Notes: a model not told the origin generated them from the letters alone. 64,000 bases of DNA from Eledone cirrhosa (GCA_964016885.1 OZ024743.1:92070001-92134000); one strand, 5' to 3'; shown: positions 1 through 12,580, numbered from the stretch's first letter. Numbers and translations: made by a program.

Positions 1-18
1 CATACATACATACATACA

Positions 19-50
<32 letters not shown>

Positions 51-142
51 CATACATACATACATACATATATACATACATACAGACAGACATACAGACA
101 TACATACATACATACATACATACACGTGCATACATACATACA

Positions 143-176
<34 letters not shown>

Positions 177-182
177 CATACA

Positions 183-214
<32 letters not shown>

Positions 215-535
215 CATACATACATACATACATACAGACAGACATACAGACATACATACATACATACATACACGTGCATACATACATACATACATACATA
301 TACATACATACATACATACATACATATACATACATACATACATACATACATACATACAGACAGACATACAGACATACATACATACATACATACACGTGCA
401 TACATACATACATACATACATACATACATACATACATACATACATACAGACAGACAGACAGACGCATTCACACACATATACACATACGCACATATACACA
501 CTCACATACTACATACACATACACACATTTACATA
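1..535. repeat. (CATA)n compound microsatellite
   Basis: Direct tetranucleotide repeat with CAGA/CACG variants; the HTYI-type ORFs are by-products. Confidence 0.95.
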
Positions 536-805
536 CACTATTGTACTTATTAGGTACCAAAACTGAAGTGGATTTCTCTTTCAGAACCTGTGTTATCTGT
601 AAAATAATGTGTGAGTGATTAGCAGGAATGTGGGGTGTACCTACCCTGCGTGGGGTAAATGGTGGGGGTAAATGGTGGGGGTAAATGGTTTTTATATTTT
701 ATATTATATCTTGTGTTTTATAATAATTTTATACTTATTTCATGTTTTATATAAATTTCATCTGTCTATTGTATTATATCCTTAAATTAATAAATCTGCC
801 TTCCT

Positions 806-886
806 AACAACAACTCATCCCCGACCGGTCCTTTAAGACCTTCACAAACAACAACTCATCTCCGACCGGTTCTTTAAGACCTTCAC
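806..886 (+). repeat. Two tandem ~40-bp direct repeats
   Basis: aacaacaactcatc(c/t)ccgaccggt(c/t)ctttaagaccttcac occurs twice, immediately upstream of a hammerhead-like motif. Confidence 0.85.
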
Positions 887-894
887 GGGGATAC

Positions 895-934
895 TCCTTT
901 GATAATGAGCTTTTAAACCCGAAAATATTTGGGA
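895..934 (+). ncRNA. Type I hammerhead-like motif, U3-A8 variant (degenerate stem II)
   Basis: tcct-TTGATAA-tgagcttttaaaccc-GAAA-atat-TT-ggga; stem I tcct/ggga, palindromic stem III AATATT, followed by AATAAA. Confidence 0.5.
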
Positions 935-1059
935 TAATAAAATTTGCTAAGGTAAAATTCTATCGTTATCTTGGCACCTTCTAATGCATTGTCGAGCTTT
1001 TAATATTATTTAAAATGATATTCCCTATTCAATAATGCTTGAAACAAACTACAACACTG

Positions 1060-1390
<331 letters not shown>

Positions 1391-2127
1391 CAAATTATAA
1401 AATAAGAAGAAGTAATAGACACAGATATATATACCTATTATTTCTTCAATGTCCCGACTGTACAGTTTTGCTGGTCAGTAGCAACAATTTTACATTATAG
1501 AGGTGCAATATCGTTGTGAGACACACCAGCTTTTCAAATAATTCCTCAGGGAAGGAACGCTTTCCAGGCACGTTCGTAGCATATATATATATATATGTAC
1601 GTACGTATGTGTTATGTATGTATGTATACGCACATACACGAGGCCATTATACGTAAGAGGTGTAAAACCAACAAAAATATCTATTCAATCGTCTAGTCAT
1701 TTCACCCTTTCATCTTTCTCTGCATTATAATGTCATACATATATGTATATATACATACATCCATATACATACATACATACATACATACATACATACATAC
1801 ATACATACATACATACATACATACATAGAGAAAATCATATTGAAAGCTGCTGGAGGTCTGTATAGGGAAACAAACGACGAGTTCAACACGCAAGCTGAAT
1901 TGGTAGAAGAACTGGCACAAAGCTACTACTAGCATGTTGAACAAAGATAATATAAAATAGATGACTCAGTACTGATTACTTCCCTTCAGGAAGTGATATA
2001 CCGGAAATCCTTAGACTCAGTTCTCAAAACAGGGTACCGGTTTAAGAATATCATCTTTCATCGACAAGATTTAATAAGGTTGTATAGAGAGGCACGCAAG
2101 AAACCCCAATAGTTATCAACTGCAATT

Positions 2128-2320
2128 CTTCTTCTTCTTCTTCTTCTTCTTCTTCTTCTTCTTCTTCTTCTTCTTCTTCTTCTTCTTCTTCTTCTTCTTC
2201 TTCTTCTTCTTCTTCTTGAGAGGGTTGTGAGAACAAAGTCCTCAAACTCTCCTTCCAGCAGGTCCTGTCAGAAGCAACCGTTTCCAACTCCCCCACCTGG
2301 ACCCCCAAGCGAGACAAGCC
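2128..2320 (-). mobile_element. RTE-type LINE extreme 3' end with (GAA)n tail
   Basis: ELETVASDRTCWKESLRTL resembles the RTE C-terminal A.DR..W motif and runs into (GAA)n. Confidence 0.6.
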
Positions 2321-2369
2321 GAGATCATAGATGTTATCTAATCATCTTGCTCGGGGGTCTCATTCCCCA

Positions 2370-3576
2370 AAATGCTCAAACCACTCATGTTAATTACCGT
2401 GCAATAGCTTACCAGAACGTCATTTACAAGTTATGCAATGCGAGGTGGGGGTGAGTGACATATGGGACTATATAAAGTAGCTATTAAATAACAAAATGAA
2501 CAACCGGCAGTGGTGTGATGGACTACCAGAAGGCCTTTGATAGTATACCACGTGGTGGGTGGATTATCAGGGCTTTATAGTTAACTGAAATCCCACAACG
2601 ACAAGTAGGTGCTATCAATACCTGCCCAAGACTTGGTACGCCACTTTGCTTCGTAGTGGTGATAAAAGCAAATTGTGTCTGATATCATGCACTACCAAAA
2701 AGGCATTCTGCTTGTCAGTGCTGCTGTTCGTCTCCTCTCGTTAAACCCACTATCATACCTTCTCACAAAACATGGTGGTCATAAAAATAGATTCAGAACT
2801 ATTTCCCACTTTTTGGTTGTCGGTGACCTGAGTTGCATAGGCAAAATTTCAACTACATCAAAAAACAATTGGACTTCATTACCTAATTCTCTACAGACAT
2901 GGAAATGGAATTTAACAGGTCAAAAATGTACATTTTGGGTGATAAAACGAAAAAAATGCTGTGCCCTCCGCTTTTTACAGTTAGGTGAAAACTACAGAAA
3001 TGTTGGACCAGGAATGAATATCATAGAGGAGTAATATGGTCATCAGAACCTTCAGCCTACAAGCCAATTGCCTACAATACCCTTGACTTTCTGAACTGAA
3101 TGAGATGAAAGTAAAGACTCGCAAGCTGTTCAATGATAGAGGATATTTTAATATCAATGTTTAAATCCTCAATTGATAATAAATGTAAGCTGTGCAAAAC
3201 AAAGACCGAAGATGTTAGCCATATTGTTGCAAAATGAAAGAATGTCTTCTAGTTACTACCTTCCCATGAGACTTGGTGGGGGGTAACCAGAATAATCTAG
3301 AAAACACTATGAAAAACGGTAATAAAAAATAGAGATGAATATAGTGAGACTGGTAGCTCAATGAGTTATTGGTGGAACCTAAAAATAAAAACGACCACCA
3401 AATTAAAACACAACCGGCCTGATAGTGTTGTTTAGAACCACACATCAAAATATCCTCTGTTGTAGCAATACTGCTTATATCAATGTAATAAGGAAGATAA
3501 AAGAGGAGGATATTTACAGACCATTGGTTATGAGTTTACCGATGCAGTAGCTAAAATACACATTCAGTTTCATACC

Positions 3577-3580
<4 letters not shown>
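2370..3580 (+). pseudogene. Old, heavily degraded R4/Dong-type retrotransposon (RT, CCHC, RLE remnants)
   Basis: Scattered motifs in colinear order: NYRAIA, DYQKAFDSIP, LSLNPLSYLL, ISHFLVVGDL, KCKLCKTKTEDVSHIV, KHNRPD, FIPIII. Confidence 0.75.
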
Positions 3581-3610
<30 letters not shown>

Positions 3611-3611
3611 C

Positions 3612-3796
3612 GGGCGGTGGATTGGCAGTATCAGTAGAGGGTCGGACGCCATGCTTTCAAGCATAGTTACGTCCCTTTACGATCTGAGTTCAAATCCCGC
3701 CGAGGTTAACTTTGCCTTTCATCCTTACGGGGTCGATAAAATAAAGTACCAGTAATGCACTGGGTATTTGCTGGCCTTGTGCCTAAAGTAGAAACA

Positions 3797-3800
<4 letters not shown>
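3612..3800 (+). mobile_element. tRNA-derived SINE (family S1)
   Basis: B-box-like GAGTTCAAATCC, central tttgcctttcatccttacggggtcgataaaataaagtaccag, 3' end ggccttgtgcctaaagtagaaac plus (ATT)n. Confidence 0.85.
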
Positions 3801-3835
<35 letters not shown>

Positions 3836-4040
3836 GGGCGGTGGATTGGCAGTATCGGTAGAGGGTCGGACGCCATGCTTTGCAGCACAGTTACGTCCCT
3901 TTACGGACTGAGTTCAAAACCGGCCGAGGTTAACTTTGCCTTTCATCCTTAAGGGGTCGATAAAATAAAGTACCAGTAATACACTGGTATAATTGCTGGC
4001 CTTGTGCCAAAAGTAGAAACAATTATTATTATTATTATTA
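3836..4040 (+). mobile_element. tRNA-derived SINE (family S1), tandem copy
   Basis: Near-identical to 3612-3800; ends in (ATT)n. Confidence 0.85.
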
Positions 4041-4123
4041 TTGTTATTGTTATTCCTTGAATCTCAGTCATTGATGTTGGTTAACTGGAAAGTCCGTTGG
4101 ATTGAATATCAAGCCACTACCTG
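4041..4123 (-). mobile_element. ~70-bp 5'-truncated R4/Dong 3' end
   Basis: Identical by eye to 7654-7735, including the ttgttattgttatt tail variant; (TAA)n on both sides. Confidence 0.9.
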
Positions 4124-4168
<45 letters not shown>

Positions 4169-4175
4169 GTTATTA

Positions 4176-7100
4176 CTCTTTGAGTCTCAGTCATTGATGT
4201 TAGTTAACTGGAGAGTTTGTTGAAATGAATATCAAGCCACTACCTGCAGCCTCAGATATTCAGGACGTATCGGAGGGTTCTTGCTGTTCCCAGCAAGCAT
4301 GCCTTTTGAAGCGTTCCAAAAAGCGTGAAGGGGCCAATTTTCTTTAACCATCCCTGGAAACTTTTTGAGATAGTCCCTAGTGCGCCTATGACAATCGGGA
4401 TCACTTTGACTTCATGGCAGTTCCAAATCCTTTTTACCTCCCACTTTAAGTCCTGGTATCGGTTAATTTTCTCCCTCTCCTTCTCTTGCACTCTCGTGTC
4501 GAATGGGCAGGCCACATCCACAATCAGGCACGATCTTTTTTCTTTGTTCAGGTCTATTGTGTTCCAGTTTCTTGTCCGTCTGTATCCTAAAATCCCACAG
4601 CACCTTCACCTGATCGTTTTCTATCACCGCCTCTGGCTTATGCTCATACCACTTCTCAGAATGTGGTAAATTGTTTACTTTGAATAGGTGCCAGTGGATC
4701 ACCCTGCCCATCACATCATGTCTCCAGCCCTTATAGTCTCCTCTCTCTCTCCACAGATCCTGCACAGTGGGCTCGCCTCCTCCTTGTAAATGTGGTGTTT
4801 CAACCACTTCGTTTTGAGGGCCTGCTCCTGCGCAGCCATTAACATTCCTTCTGTAGCCTTTTTAAGGTCTCCTCTTTTCAACCAGTTCCATGTCTGTGGA
4901 TCTCTAAATTCAGTTTTCTCAAAGAAGGTACTATGAAGGGATTTTTCCTGAAGGCTGCTCTTTCTCCTTGATGTTATTTCCTCCTTGGACATCCCCTGGC
5001 CTATTGTCTCCTCCTTCAGTACAGTTCTGAGCATTGGCTCCTTACTATCAGTCACGTATTTGTGTAGGTTGTTTTTCTCCATCTGAACACAGTCCTATAT
5101 GCTGATAAGACCTCTTCCACCTTCAGATCTCCTTAAGTAGAGTCTATCGACATCACTCCTCTTGTGGAACATATTGTAGATAGTCAATAGCTTCCTAGTC
5201 TTCCTATCCATTTCTTTTTGTTCAGCAACATTTCATCTCAGAACTCCCGCACTGTACCTAATAATAGACACAGCTCGGGAATTTACTGCACTTATGGCAT
5301 TCCTACTGTTCAGATGTGACTTTAATACGCTCCTCACTCTCCGAAGGTATTCAGTTCTTATCAATTCCTTCATTATTTTGTTCTTGATGTCATCAGCCTC
5401 CGGAACGCCCAAATACTTGTATCCTTCCTCAGAGTCAATTTCCTTTATCATCTCACCTGTTGATATCTGGATTCCGTTACTTCTGCTCAACTTACCCCTC
5501 CTCATCACAATGACTCCACACTTACTAATACCAAATTGCATACATATATCATTGCTGAAAATACGGACAGTGTCAACAAGCACATCCAACTCCTTCTCAC
5601 TCTTCCCGAAGAGCTTAAGATCGTCCATGAAGAGGAGGTGATTGATGGTAAGCCCTCCCTTTCCCAACCTGTATCCTGCTCTCACTTTTCGCAGTACACT
5701 GGTCAGGGGCATCAGGGCCAGGACAAACAACAGAGGGGACAGACTATCTCCCTGGAAGATACCTCTCTTGATGTTCACGCTTCCCAAGGATTCTCCAGTT
5801 GATGTCAACTCTGTTTCCCAGGACTTCATACTTTTGCCCAACAACTGTCTGATGTTATCTGCCACCTTGAAGATCTCCAGGCTTTTGGTGATCCAAGAAT
5901 GAGGCACCATGTCAAATGCCTTTTTGTAGTCTATCCATCCCATGGCAAGACCAGTGTGTCTCCTCTTGCAATTCCTCATTACCATCTTATCAATAAGTAA
6001 CTGGTCCTTTGTACCACGTGACTTCTTTCGGCATCCTTTCTGTTCGTCCGGTAACAAGTTGTTTGTGTGGAGGTGATGGTAGATTTCCTTAGACATAATG
6101 CTTGTCAACAGTTTCCACATTACGGACAGACATGTGATAGGTCTATAGTTGGTAACATCATTACCCTTGATTCGGTCTTTCATTATCAGAATTGTGGTAC
6201 ATTTTGTCAACCACTCTGGTACCTCACCTGACATCAAGCAGTCATTGAACATGGTTGTCAGTTTCGGGTGGAGGGATGTTATGTTTTTAATCCAATACCC
6301 CTGCACACCATCTGGGCCAGGTGATTTCCAGTTGGTTAGTTTTTTGGCCTGCCCCTTAAGAGTTTCAACTGTGATACTCAAATCAGTTTGTTGGTGTGCC
6401 TATTCACTGATCTCCTTCTGTACTGTCTCAATCCACACTGCCTGGCCATTATGTTTAACATCCTGCTCCCATATTCCTCTCCAGAATTGTTTAGTTTGTT
6501 CCGCCTCAGGGATCAAGTCGTTGCCTCTTTCTTTCCCTTCAAGCTGTCCAAACAGCATCTTCTGGTTGTTGTCGAACATGCGGTTCTGTCTATACTGACT
6601 GACTCTGTTCTCGTATCGCCTGATTTTTGCACTCTTTGCTACAATGCGTTGCTTCAGTTCCTCTATGATAATATTTAGCTTTTTCCTCCTAGTTTTGTAC
6701 TTTATTTCCAGTCTATTTTTAGTGTCTATGTTTTTTAGTGTCCCATTCAGTAGGGACTCAAGCTTTCCAATGTCATTTCTCATTTCCCTGATTTGACCAC
6801 TCAGTCGTTTCTTCCACCAAGGCTCTGCTCTTTCTTGTCTGTTGTTTCCTCTCGCTTTTATACCAAGTAGTTTCCTCACCGTATTTGCTGTTGCTTTGAG
6901 GATATTGTTGCACTGGTGAAGGCTCCTCGCCTCAAGGTATGGGATGACTTTGTTACCTTAGCTGTTGTTTCTTTTAACTTTTTCCTGTCTACAAATCTTA
7001 GGTTCATAGGTCTCCCACTATCATTGTTCAATTCATCTACCACTAAGTTTAGGATATATACCAAATCTTGTCCTAGCCCGTCAGCATTCATCTCCTCAGT

Positions 7101-7290
7101 GGCCGTATCTCTGTTCCAGGTATTATTTATCTCAGCATTCAGATCATTGTCTGCTTCGGGTGGTTCCTCCGTTCTCTCGACCTCTTCACTTTCATTTCCC
7201 ACTGGCTCGTTTGCCTGGCATACTCCACCCTCCATCTCCAAGCTAATCTCTCTGCTCAGTTCCTCCAGTTCCAGCTCGCCATTAGTTCTT
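4176..7290 (-). pseudogene. R4/Dong-type RLE non-LTR retrotransposon, frameshifted copy
   Basis: ORF pieces 6876-7241, 6400-6879, 5233-6381, 4711-5082 and 4252-4521 are colinear with the 7741-10872 ORF; small deletions in the CCHC and RLE regions; (TAA)n at both ends. Confidence 0.95.
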
Positions 7291-7309
7291 TATTATTATT
7301 ATTATTATC

Positions 7310-7650
7310 ATTTTGTTGAAAGATGGGTGAGAGAAGCAAGTATGGCCCGAATGAATGGGCCTTCTCTGAGTATGTGTCTGTAAATTAAAGGTGGAAAACT
7401 GGGAGAGGGCACTTGCCCTGGTGGTCAGGGCCACTGTGGTCTTTTAATGGGCTTTCTCCACAAATGTCCCTCGGAAGTCTCCCCCCTATTGGGGAATTTT
7501 TCTTTGTTATTTTATTTCAACCTCCGTTTTTTTTACACGCAGAAATGCCCATTTGTACCGTCCTGTATTGTCCTGTACTGTCCTTAATGTCTACTTTATG
7601 TAAACCCTTGTGGTTAATAAAGAAAACATTATTATTATTATTATTATTAT
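7310..7650 (+). mobile_element. 3' end of an L1/Tx1-like LINE
   Basis: C-terminal FVERWVREASMARMNGPSLSMCL* (F..RW motif), 3'UTR, AATAAA and (ATT)n; terminus related to the minus-strand copy near 52085. Confidence 0.55.
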
Positions 7651-7654
7651 TATT

Positions 7655-10600
7655 GTTATTGTTATTCCTTGAATCTCAGTCATTGATGTTGGTTAACTGG
7701 AAAGTCCGTTGGATTGAATATCAAGCCACTACCTGCAGCCTCAGATATTCAGGACGTATCGGAGGGTTCTTGCTGTTCCAAGCAAGCATGCCTTTTGAAG
7801 CGTTCCAAAAAGCGTGAAGGGGCCGATTTTCTTTAACCATCCCTGGAAACTTTTGGAGATAGTCCCCAGTGCGCCTATGACAATCGGGATCACTTTGACT
7901 TCATGGCAGTTCCAAATCCTTTTCACCTCCCACTTTAGGTCCTGGTATCGGTTAATTTTCTCCCTCTCCTTCTCTTGCACTCTCGTGTCGAACGGGCAGG
8001 CCACATCCACAATCAGGCACGATCTTTTTTCTTTGTCCACAACCACCAGGTCAGGTCTATTGTGTTCCAGTTTTTTGTCCGTCTGTATCCTAAAATCCCA
8101 CAGCACCTTCACCTGATTGTTCTCCATCACCGCCTCTGGCCTATGCTCATACCATTTCTCAGAATGTGGTAGATTGTTTACTTTGCACAGGTGCCAGTGG
8201 ATCACCCTGCCCATCACATCGTGTCTCCAGCCCTTATAGTGGGTCTGGGCTAGGTGTTTACACTCGGACACAATGTGAGCCACAGTCTCCTCTCTCTCTC
8301 CACAGATCCTGCACAGTGGGCTGGCCTCCTCCTTGTAGATATGGTGCTTCAACCACTTCGTTTTGAGGGCCTGCTCCTGCGCAGCCATTAGCATTCCTTC
8401 TGTAGCCTTTTTGAGGTCTCCTCTTCTCAACCAGTTCCATGTCTGTGGATCTCTAAATTCAGTTTTCTCAAAGAAGGTACTATGAAGGGGTTTTCCCTTA
8501 AGGCTGCTCTTCCTCCTTGATGTTATTTCCTCCCTGGACATCCCCTGGCCTACTGTCCCCTCCTTCAGTACAGCTCTGAGCATTGGCTCCTTACTATAGG
8601 TCACGTATTTGTATAGGTTGTTTTTCTCCATCTGAACACAGTCCTCTATGCTGATAAGACCTCTTCCACCCTCAGATCTCCTTAGGTAGAGTCTATCGAC
8701 ATCACTCCTCTTGTGGAACATGTTGTAGATAGTCAATAGCTTCCTAGTCTTCCTATCCATTTCTTTCTGTTCAGCAACATTCCATCTCAGAATTCCCGCA
8801 CTGTACCTAATAATAGACACAGCTCGGGAATTTACTGCGCTTATGGCATTTCTGCTGTTCAGATGTGACTTCAATACGCTCCTTACTCTCCGAATGTATT
8901 CAGTTCTTAACAATTCCTTCATTTTTTTGTTCTTTATGCCATCAGCCTCCAGAACGCCCAAATACTTGTATCCTTCCTCAGAGTCAATTTCCTTTATCAT
9001 CTCACCTGTTGGTATCTGGATCCCGTTACTTCTGCTCAACCTACCCCTCTTCATCACAATGACTCCACATTTACCAATACCAAACTGCATACATATATCA
9101 CTGCTGAAAATACGGACAGTGTCAACAAGCACATCCAACTCCTTCTCACTTTTCCCGAAGAGCTTAAGATCGTCCATGAAGAGGAGGTGATTGATGGTAA
9201 GCTCTCCCCTTCCCAACTTGTATCCTGCTCTCACTTTTCGCAGCATAATGGTCAAGGGCATCAGGGCAAGGACAAACAACAGAGGGGACAGGCTATCTCC
9301 CTGGAAGATACCTCTCTTGATCTTCACGCTTCCCAAGGATACTCCAGTTGATGTCAACTCTGTCTCCCAGGACCCCATACTCCTGCCTAGCAACTGTCTG
9401 ATGTTATCCGCCACCCTGAAGATCTCCAGGCTTTTGGTGATCCAGGAATGAGGCACCATGTCAAATGCCTTTCTGTAGTCTATCCATCCCATGGCAAGAT
9501 CAGTGTGTCTCCTCCTGCAATTCCCCATTACCATCTTATCAATAAGCAACTGGTCCTTTGTACCACGTGACTTCTTTCGGCATCCTTTCTGTTCGTCCGG
9601 TAACAAGTTGTTTGTGTGGGGGTGATGGTAGATTTCCTCAGACACAATGCTCGTCAACAGTTTCCACATTACGGGCAGACATGTGATAGGTCTATAGTTG
9701 GTAGCATCATTACCCTTGATTCGGTCTTTCATTATCAGAACTGTGGTACCTTTTGTCAACCACTCTGGCACCTCACCCGACACCAAGCAGTCATTGAACA
9801 TGGCCGTCAGCTTCGGGTGGAGGGATGTTAGATGTTTAATCCAATACCCCTGCACACCATCTGGGCCTGGCGATTTCCAGTTGGTTAGTTTTTTGGCTTG
9901 TCCCTTAAAAGTTTCAACTGTGATACTCAAATCAGTCTGTTGCTGTGCCTGCTCACCGATCTCCCTCTGTACTGTCTCAATCCACCCTGCCTGGGCATTG
10001 TGTCTAACATCCTGCTCCCATATTCCTCTCCAGAATGTTTTAGTTTGCTCCGCCCCAGGGATCAAGTCGTTGCCTCTTTCTTTGCCCTCAAGCTGTCCAA
10101 ACAGCATCTTCTGGTTGTTGTCGAACATGCGGTTCTGTTTATACTGACTGACTCTGTTCTCGTATCGCCTGATTTTTGCACTCTTTGCTACAATGCGTTG
10201 CTTCAATTCCTCTATGATAATATTTAGCTTTTTACTCCTAGTTTTGTATTTTATTTCCAGTCTATTTTTAGTGCCTATGTTTTTTAGTGTCCCATTCAGT
10301 AGTGACTCAAGCTTTCCTATGTCATTTCTCATTTCCCCGATTTGCCCACTCAGTCGCTTCTTCCACCACGGCTCTGCTCTTTCTTGTCTGTTGTTTCCTC
10401 TCGCTTTTATACCAAGTAGTTTCCTCACCGTATTTGCTGTTGCTCTGAGGATATTGTTGCACTGGTGAAGGCTCCTCGCCTCAAGGTATGGGATGACTTT
10501 GTTTACCTTAGCTGTTGTTTCTTTTAACTTTTTCCTGTCTACAAATCTTAGGTTCATAGGTCTCCCACTATCATTGTTCAATTCATCTACCACTAAATTT

Positions 10601-10875
10601 AGGATGTCAACCGAATCTTGTCCTAGCCCGTCAGCATTCATCTCCTCAGTGGCCGTATCTCTGTTCCAGGTATTATTTATCTCAGTACTCAGATCATTGT
10701 CTGCTTCGGGTGGTTCCTCCGTTCTCAGGACCTCCTCACCTTCATTTCCCACCGGCTCGCTTGTCTGGCATACTACACCCGCCATCTCCAAGCCATTCTC
10801 TCTGCTCAGTTCCTCCAGTTCCAGCTCGCTTATCCACCCATTAGTTCTTATTACCCGAGCCTGCCCGGCCATATT
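7655..10875 (-). mobile_element. R4/Dong-clade non-LTR retrotransposon, 5'-truncated, young
   Basis: Flanked by (TAA)n at 7629-7654 and 10880-10905; short 3'UTR; single uninterrupted ORF. Confidence 0.95.
7741..10872 (-). CDS. Reverse transcriptase + CCHC zinc knuckle + restriction-like endonuclease polyprotein
   Basis: KSPGPDG, NYRPITCL, IDYRKAFDMVPHSW, GIFQGDSLSPLLF, LFMDDLKL, CRICGEREETVAHIVSEC, RHD, RPDLVV...IVDVACP...EKINRYQDL. Confidence 0.95.
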   Translation of the reverse strand: MAGQARVIRTNGWISELELEELSRENGLEMAGVVCQTSEPVGNEGEEVLRTEEPPEADNDLSTEINNTWNRDTATEEMNADGLGQDSVDILNLVVDELNNDSGRPMNLRFVDRKKLKETTAKVNKVIPYLEARSLHQCNNILRATANTVRKLLGIKARGNNRQERAEPWWKKRLSGQIGEMRNDIGKLESLLNGTLKNIGTKNRLEIKYKTRSKKLNIIIEELKQRIVAKSAKIRRYENRVSQYKQNRMFDNNQKMLFGQLEGKERGNDLIPGAEQTKTFWRGIWEQDVRHNAQAGWIETVQREIGEQAQQQTDLSITVETFKGQAKKLTNWKSPGPDGVQGYWIKHLTSLHPKLTAMFNDCLVSGEVPEWLTKGTTVLIMKDRIKGNDATNYRPITCLPVMWKLLTSIVSEEIYHHPHTNNLLPDEQKGCRKKSRGTKDQLLIDKMVMGNCRRRHTDLAMGWIDYRKAFDMVPHSWITKSLEIFRVADNIRQLLGRSMGSWETELTSTGVSLGSVKIKRGIFQGDSLSPLLFVLALMPLTIMLRKVRAGYKLGRGELTINHLLFMDDLKLFGKSEKELDVLVDTVRIFSSDICMQFGIGKCGVIVMKRGRLSRSNGIQIPTGEMIKEIDSEEGYKYLGVLEADGIKNKKMKELLRTEYIRRVRSVLKSHLNSRNAISAVNSRAVSIIRYSAGILRWNVAEQKEMDRKTRKLLTIYNMFHKRSDVDRLYLRRSEGGRGLISIEDCVQMEKNNLYKYVTYSKEPMLRAVLKEGTVGQGMSREEITSRRKSSLKGKPLHSTFFEKTEFRDPQTWNWLRRGDLKKATEGMLMAAQEQALKTKWLKHHIYKEEASPLCRICGEREETVAHIVSECKHLAQTHYKGWRHDVMGRVIHWHLCKVNNLPHSEKWYEHRPEAVMENNQVKVLWDFRIQTDKKLEHNRPDLVVVDKEKRSCLIVDVACPFDTRVQEKEREKINRYQDLKWEVKRIWNCHEVKVIPIVIGALGTISKSFQGWLKKIGPFTLFGTLQKACLLGTARTLRYVLNI

Positions 10876-10933
10876 ATCATTATTATTATTATTATTATTA
10901 TTATTGAAGCTACAGGATATGTACCAATCCACC

Positions 10934-11206
10934 AATTCAGTGGATGGAAAAAAGCAAGCGTGGACTAAATTCCAAGACATTGAAAAAATCACTGCCTACT
11001 TGGTCGGTGGCAAATTCAAAAGAATCAATCACGTGACATCGAGGTTAATCAGTGAGGAGTGGGGTGTTAAAAAGACAGTATCCAAGCCATTACTATGAAC
11101 TATAGTAGCAGTTTTGTCAAATTTTTGCTCAACAAAATAATTTGGAGTTAATTATAAAGAATTAGTATATTTAGTCCACGCTTTCTTTTTTTCCATCCAC
11201 TGAATT
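10934..11206. mobile_element. MITE-like element with ~37-bp terminal inverted repeats
   Basis: aattcagtggatggaaaaaagcaagcgtggactaaat (10934-10970) is inverted at 11169-11206. Confidence 0.7.
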
Positions 11207-11495
11207 ATTTTCGTATAAGTTCCCTGTGTCCACGCATCGCCAGGTATCTTAGCTGAGAACGGCTTCTCCATGTTTTCCATTTGGAAACCATGTTTATTCC
11301 CTTTCAGAAACTAATTAGTTGGAGTGAAATTTTAGTAAGTAAGATAATTTTTATAATTTTCTTATTTTACGTCATCCATATAATTGTTCTGCATCCCCTT
11401 GCATTGAACTACAAAGTTACTAAGACAAAACCTATATATTTGCTAGCATAGGTATGCATCTGTATATATATGTTGGTAGATACACTAATTCTTTA

Positions 11496-11530
<35 letters not shown>

Positions 11531-11755
11531 AAATGTGTGTAATCCTTGGTACAGTTAGGTATATTAAGACAGGGGGGAAGAAAAAAATGGCTTCACTTGT
11601 GCTTTCAACAAATTTATTTTCTTCACAAAATCTAAAAAGAATTTTTTTCCGGATTAGAAAAAATTTTTTCTTTAAAAAAATTATTTTATAAATTAAGTTG
11701 TTGGTTGTTGGTTAGGAGTTCTTGGTTAACGTAGGAGGTATTGTTTCGTTTTTAG

Positions 11756-11790
11756 AACGACCTTTCACGCTGAGGTGCGCTTGTCAAACT
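11756..11790 (-). ncRNA. Hammerhead-like motif, U3-A8 variant
   Basis: Minus strand agt-TTGACAA-GCGC-acctca-GCGT-GAAA-g-GTC-gtt; stems I and III are weak. Confidence 0.5.
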
Positions 11791-11974
11791 GATGTGTATG
11801 TGGTGTGTTGTTCTATATATAGGGATTTAACATGTCTGTAGTGTGGTGGGGGTTTTTTTTCTTTCTCCCCCTTTAATAAGTGTAGGGGTGTAGGTGTGTT
11901 GAAAAAGTGTTAATAGCAGTAATGAGTTGAGACGATGAGTAGGGTTGGGTGGGGAGAAATGTAGCAAGTGCGGC

Positions 11975-12040
11975 CTACACATACATACATATACATACAC
12001 ATACAAATACATACATACACACATACATATATACACATAC

Positions 12041-12097
<57 letters not shown>

Positions 12098-12430
12098 CAC
12101 ACACATACATACACACATATATATATATATATATATATGTGTACACACAAGCACATAAAGACACATATATACATACATATACATATATATATATATACAT
12201 ATATATACATACATCTACATACATACATACATATACACATACAGAAACATACATATATGTACACACATATATACACACATGCACATACATACACACACAC
12301 ACATATAAAGATACATACATATACATACACACACATATAAACATATATCTCTCTCTATATATATATATACATACATATATATACAAACATACACATACAT
12401 ACATATACATATACATATATATACATACAT

Positions 12431-12471
<41 letters not shown>

Positions 12472-12580
12472 TACAAACATACACACATCGATACATATAT
12501 ATACACACACATACACACACCCACATACATATATACCCACACGTACATACATCCATACATACCTACACACGTATATGTGT
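11975..12580. repeat. Compound (CA)/(TA)/(CATA) microsatellite
   Basis: Direct inspection. Confidence 0.95.

Noticed and set aside
126-618. ORFs made of YI/HT/CV repeats here and throughout the window
   Set aside because: They are translations of microsatellites lacking stop codons.
1517-1556. Hammerhead-like CTGAGGA..GAAA on the minus strand (also CTGATAAG at ~62450)
   Set aside because: No convincing stems or NUH site; too degenerate to call.
10873-10992. N-terminal 40 aa of the 1083-aa ORF
   Set aside because: It reads through the (AAT)n target and an adjacent MITE, so it is not part of the element.
5294-11098. Plus-strand ORFs overlapping the Dong copies (and 17355-18269 over the RTE)
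   Set aside because: Antisense shadows of RT frames with no recognisable motifs.
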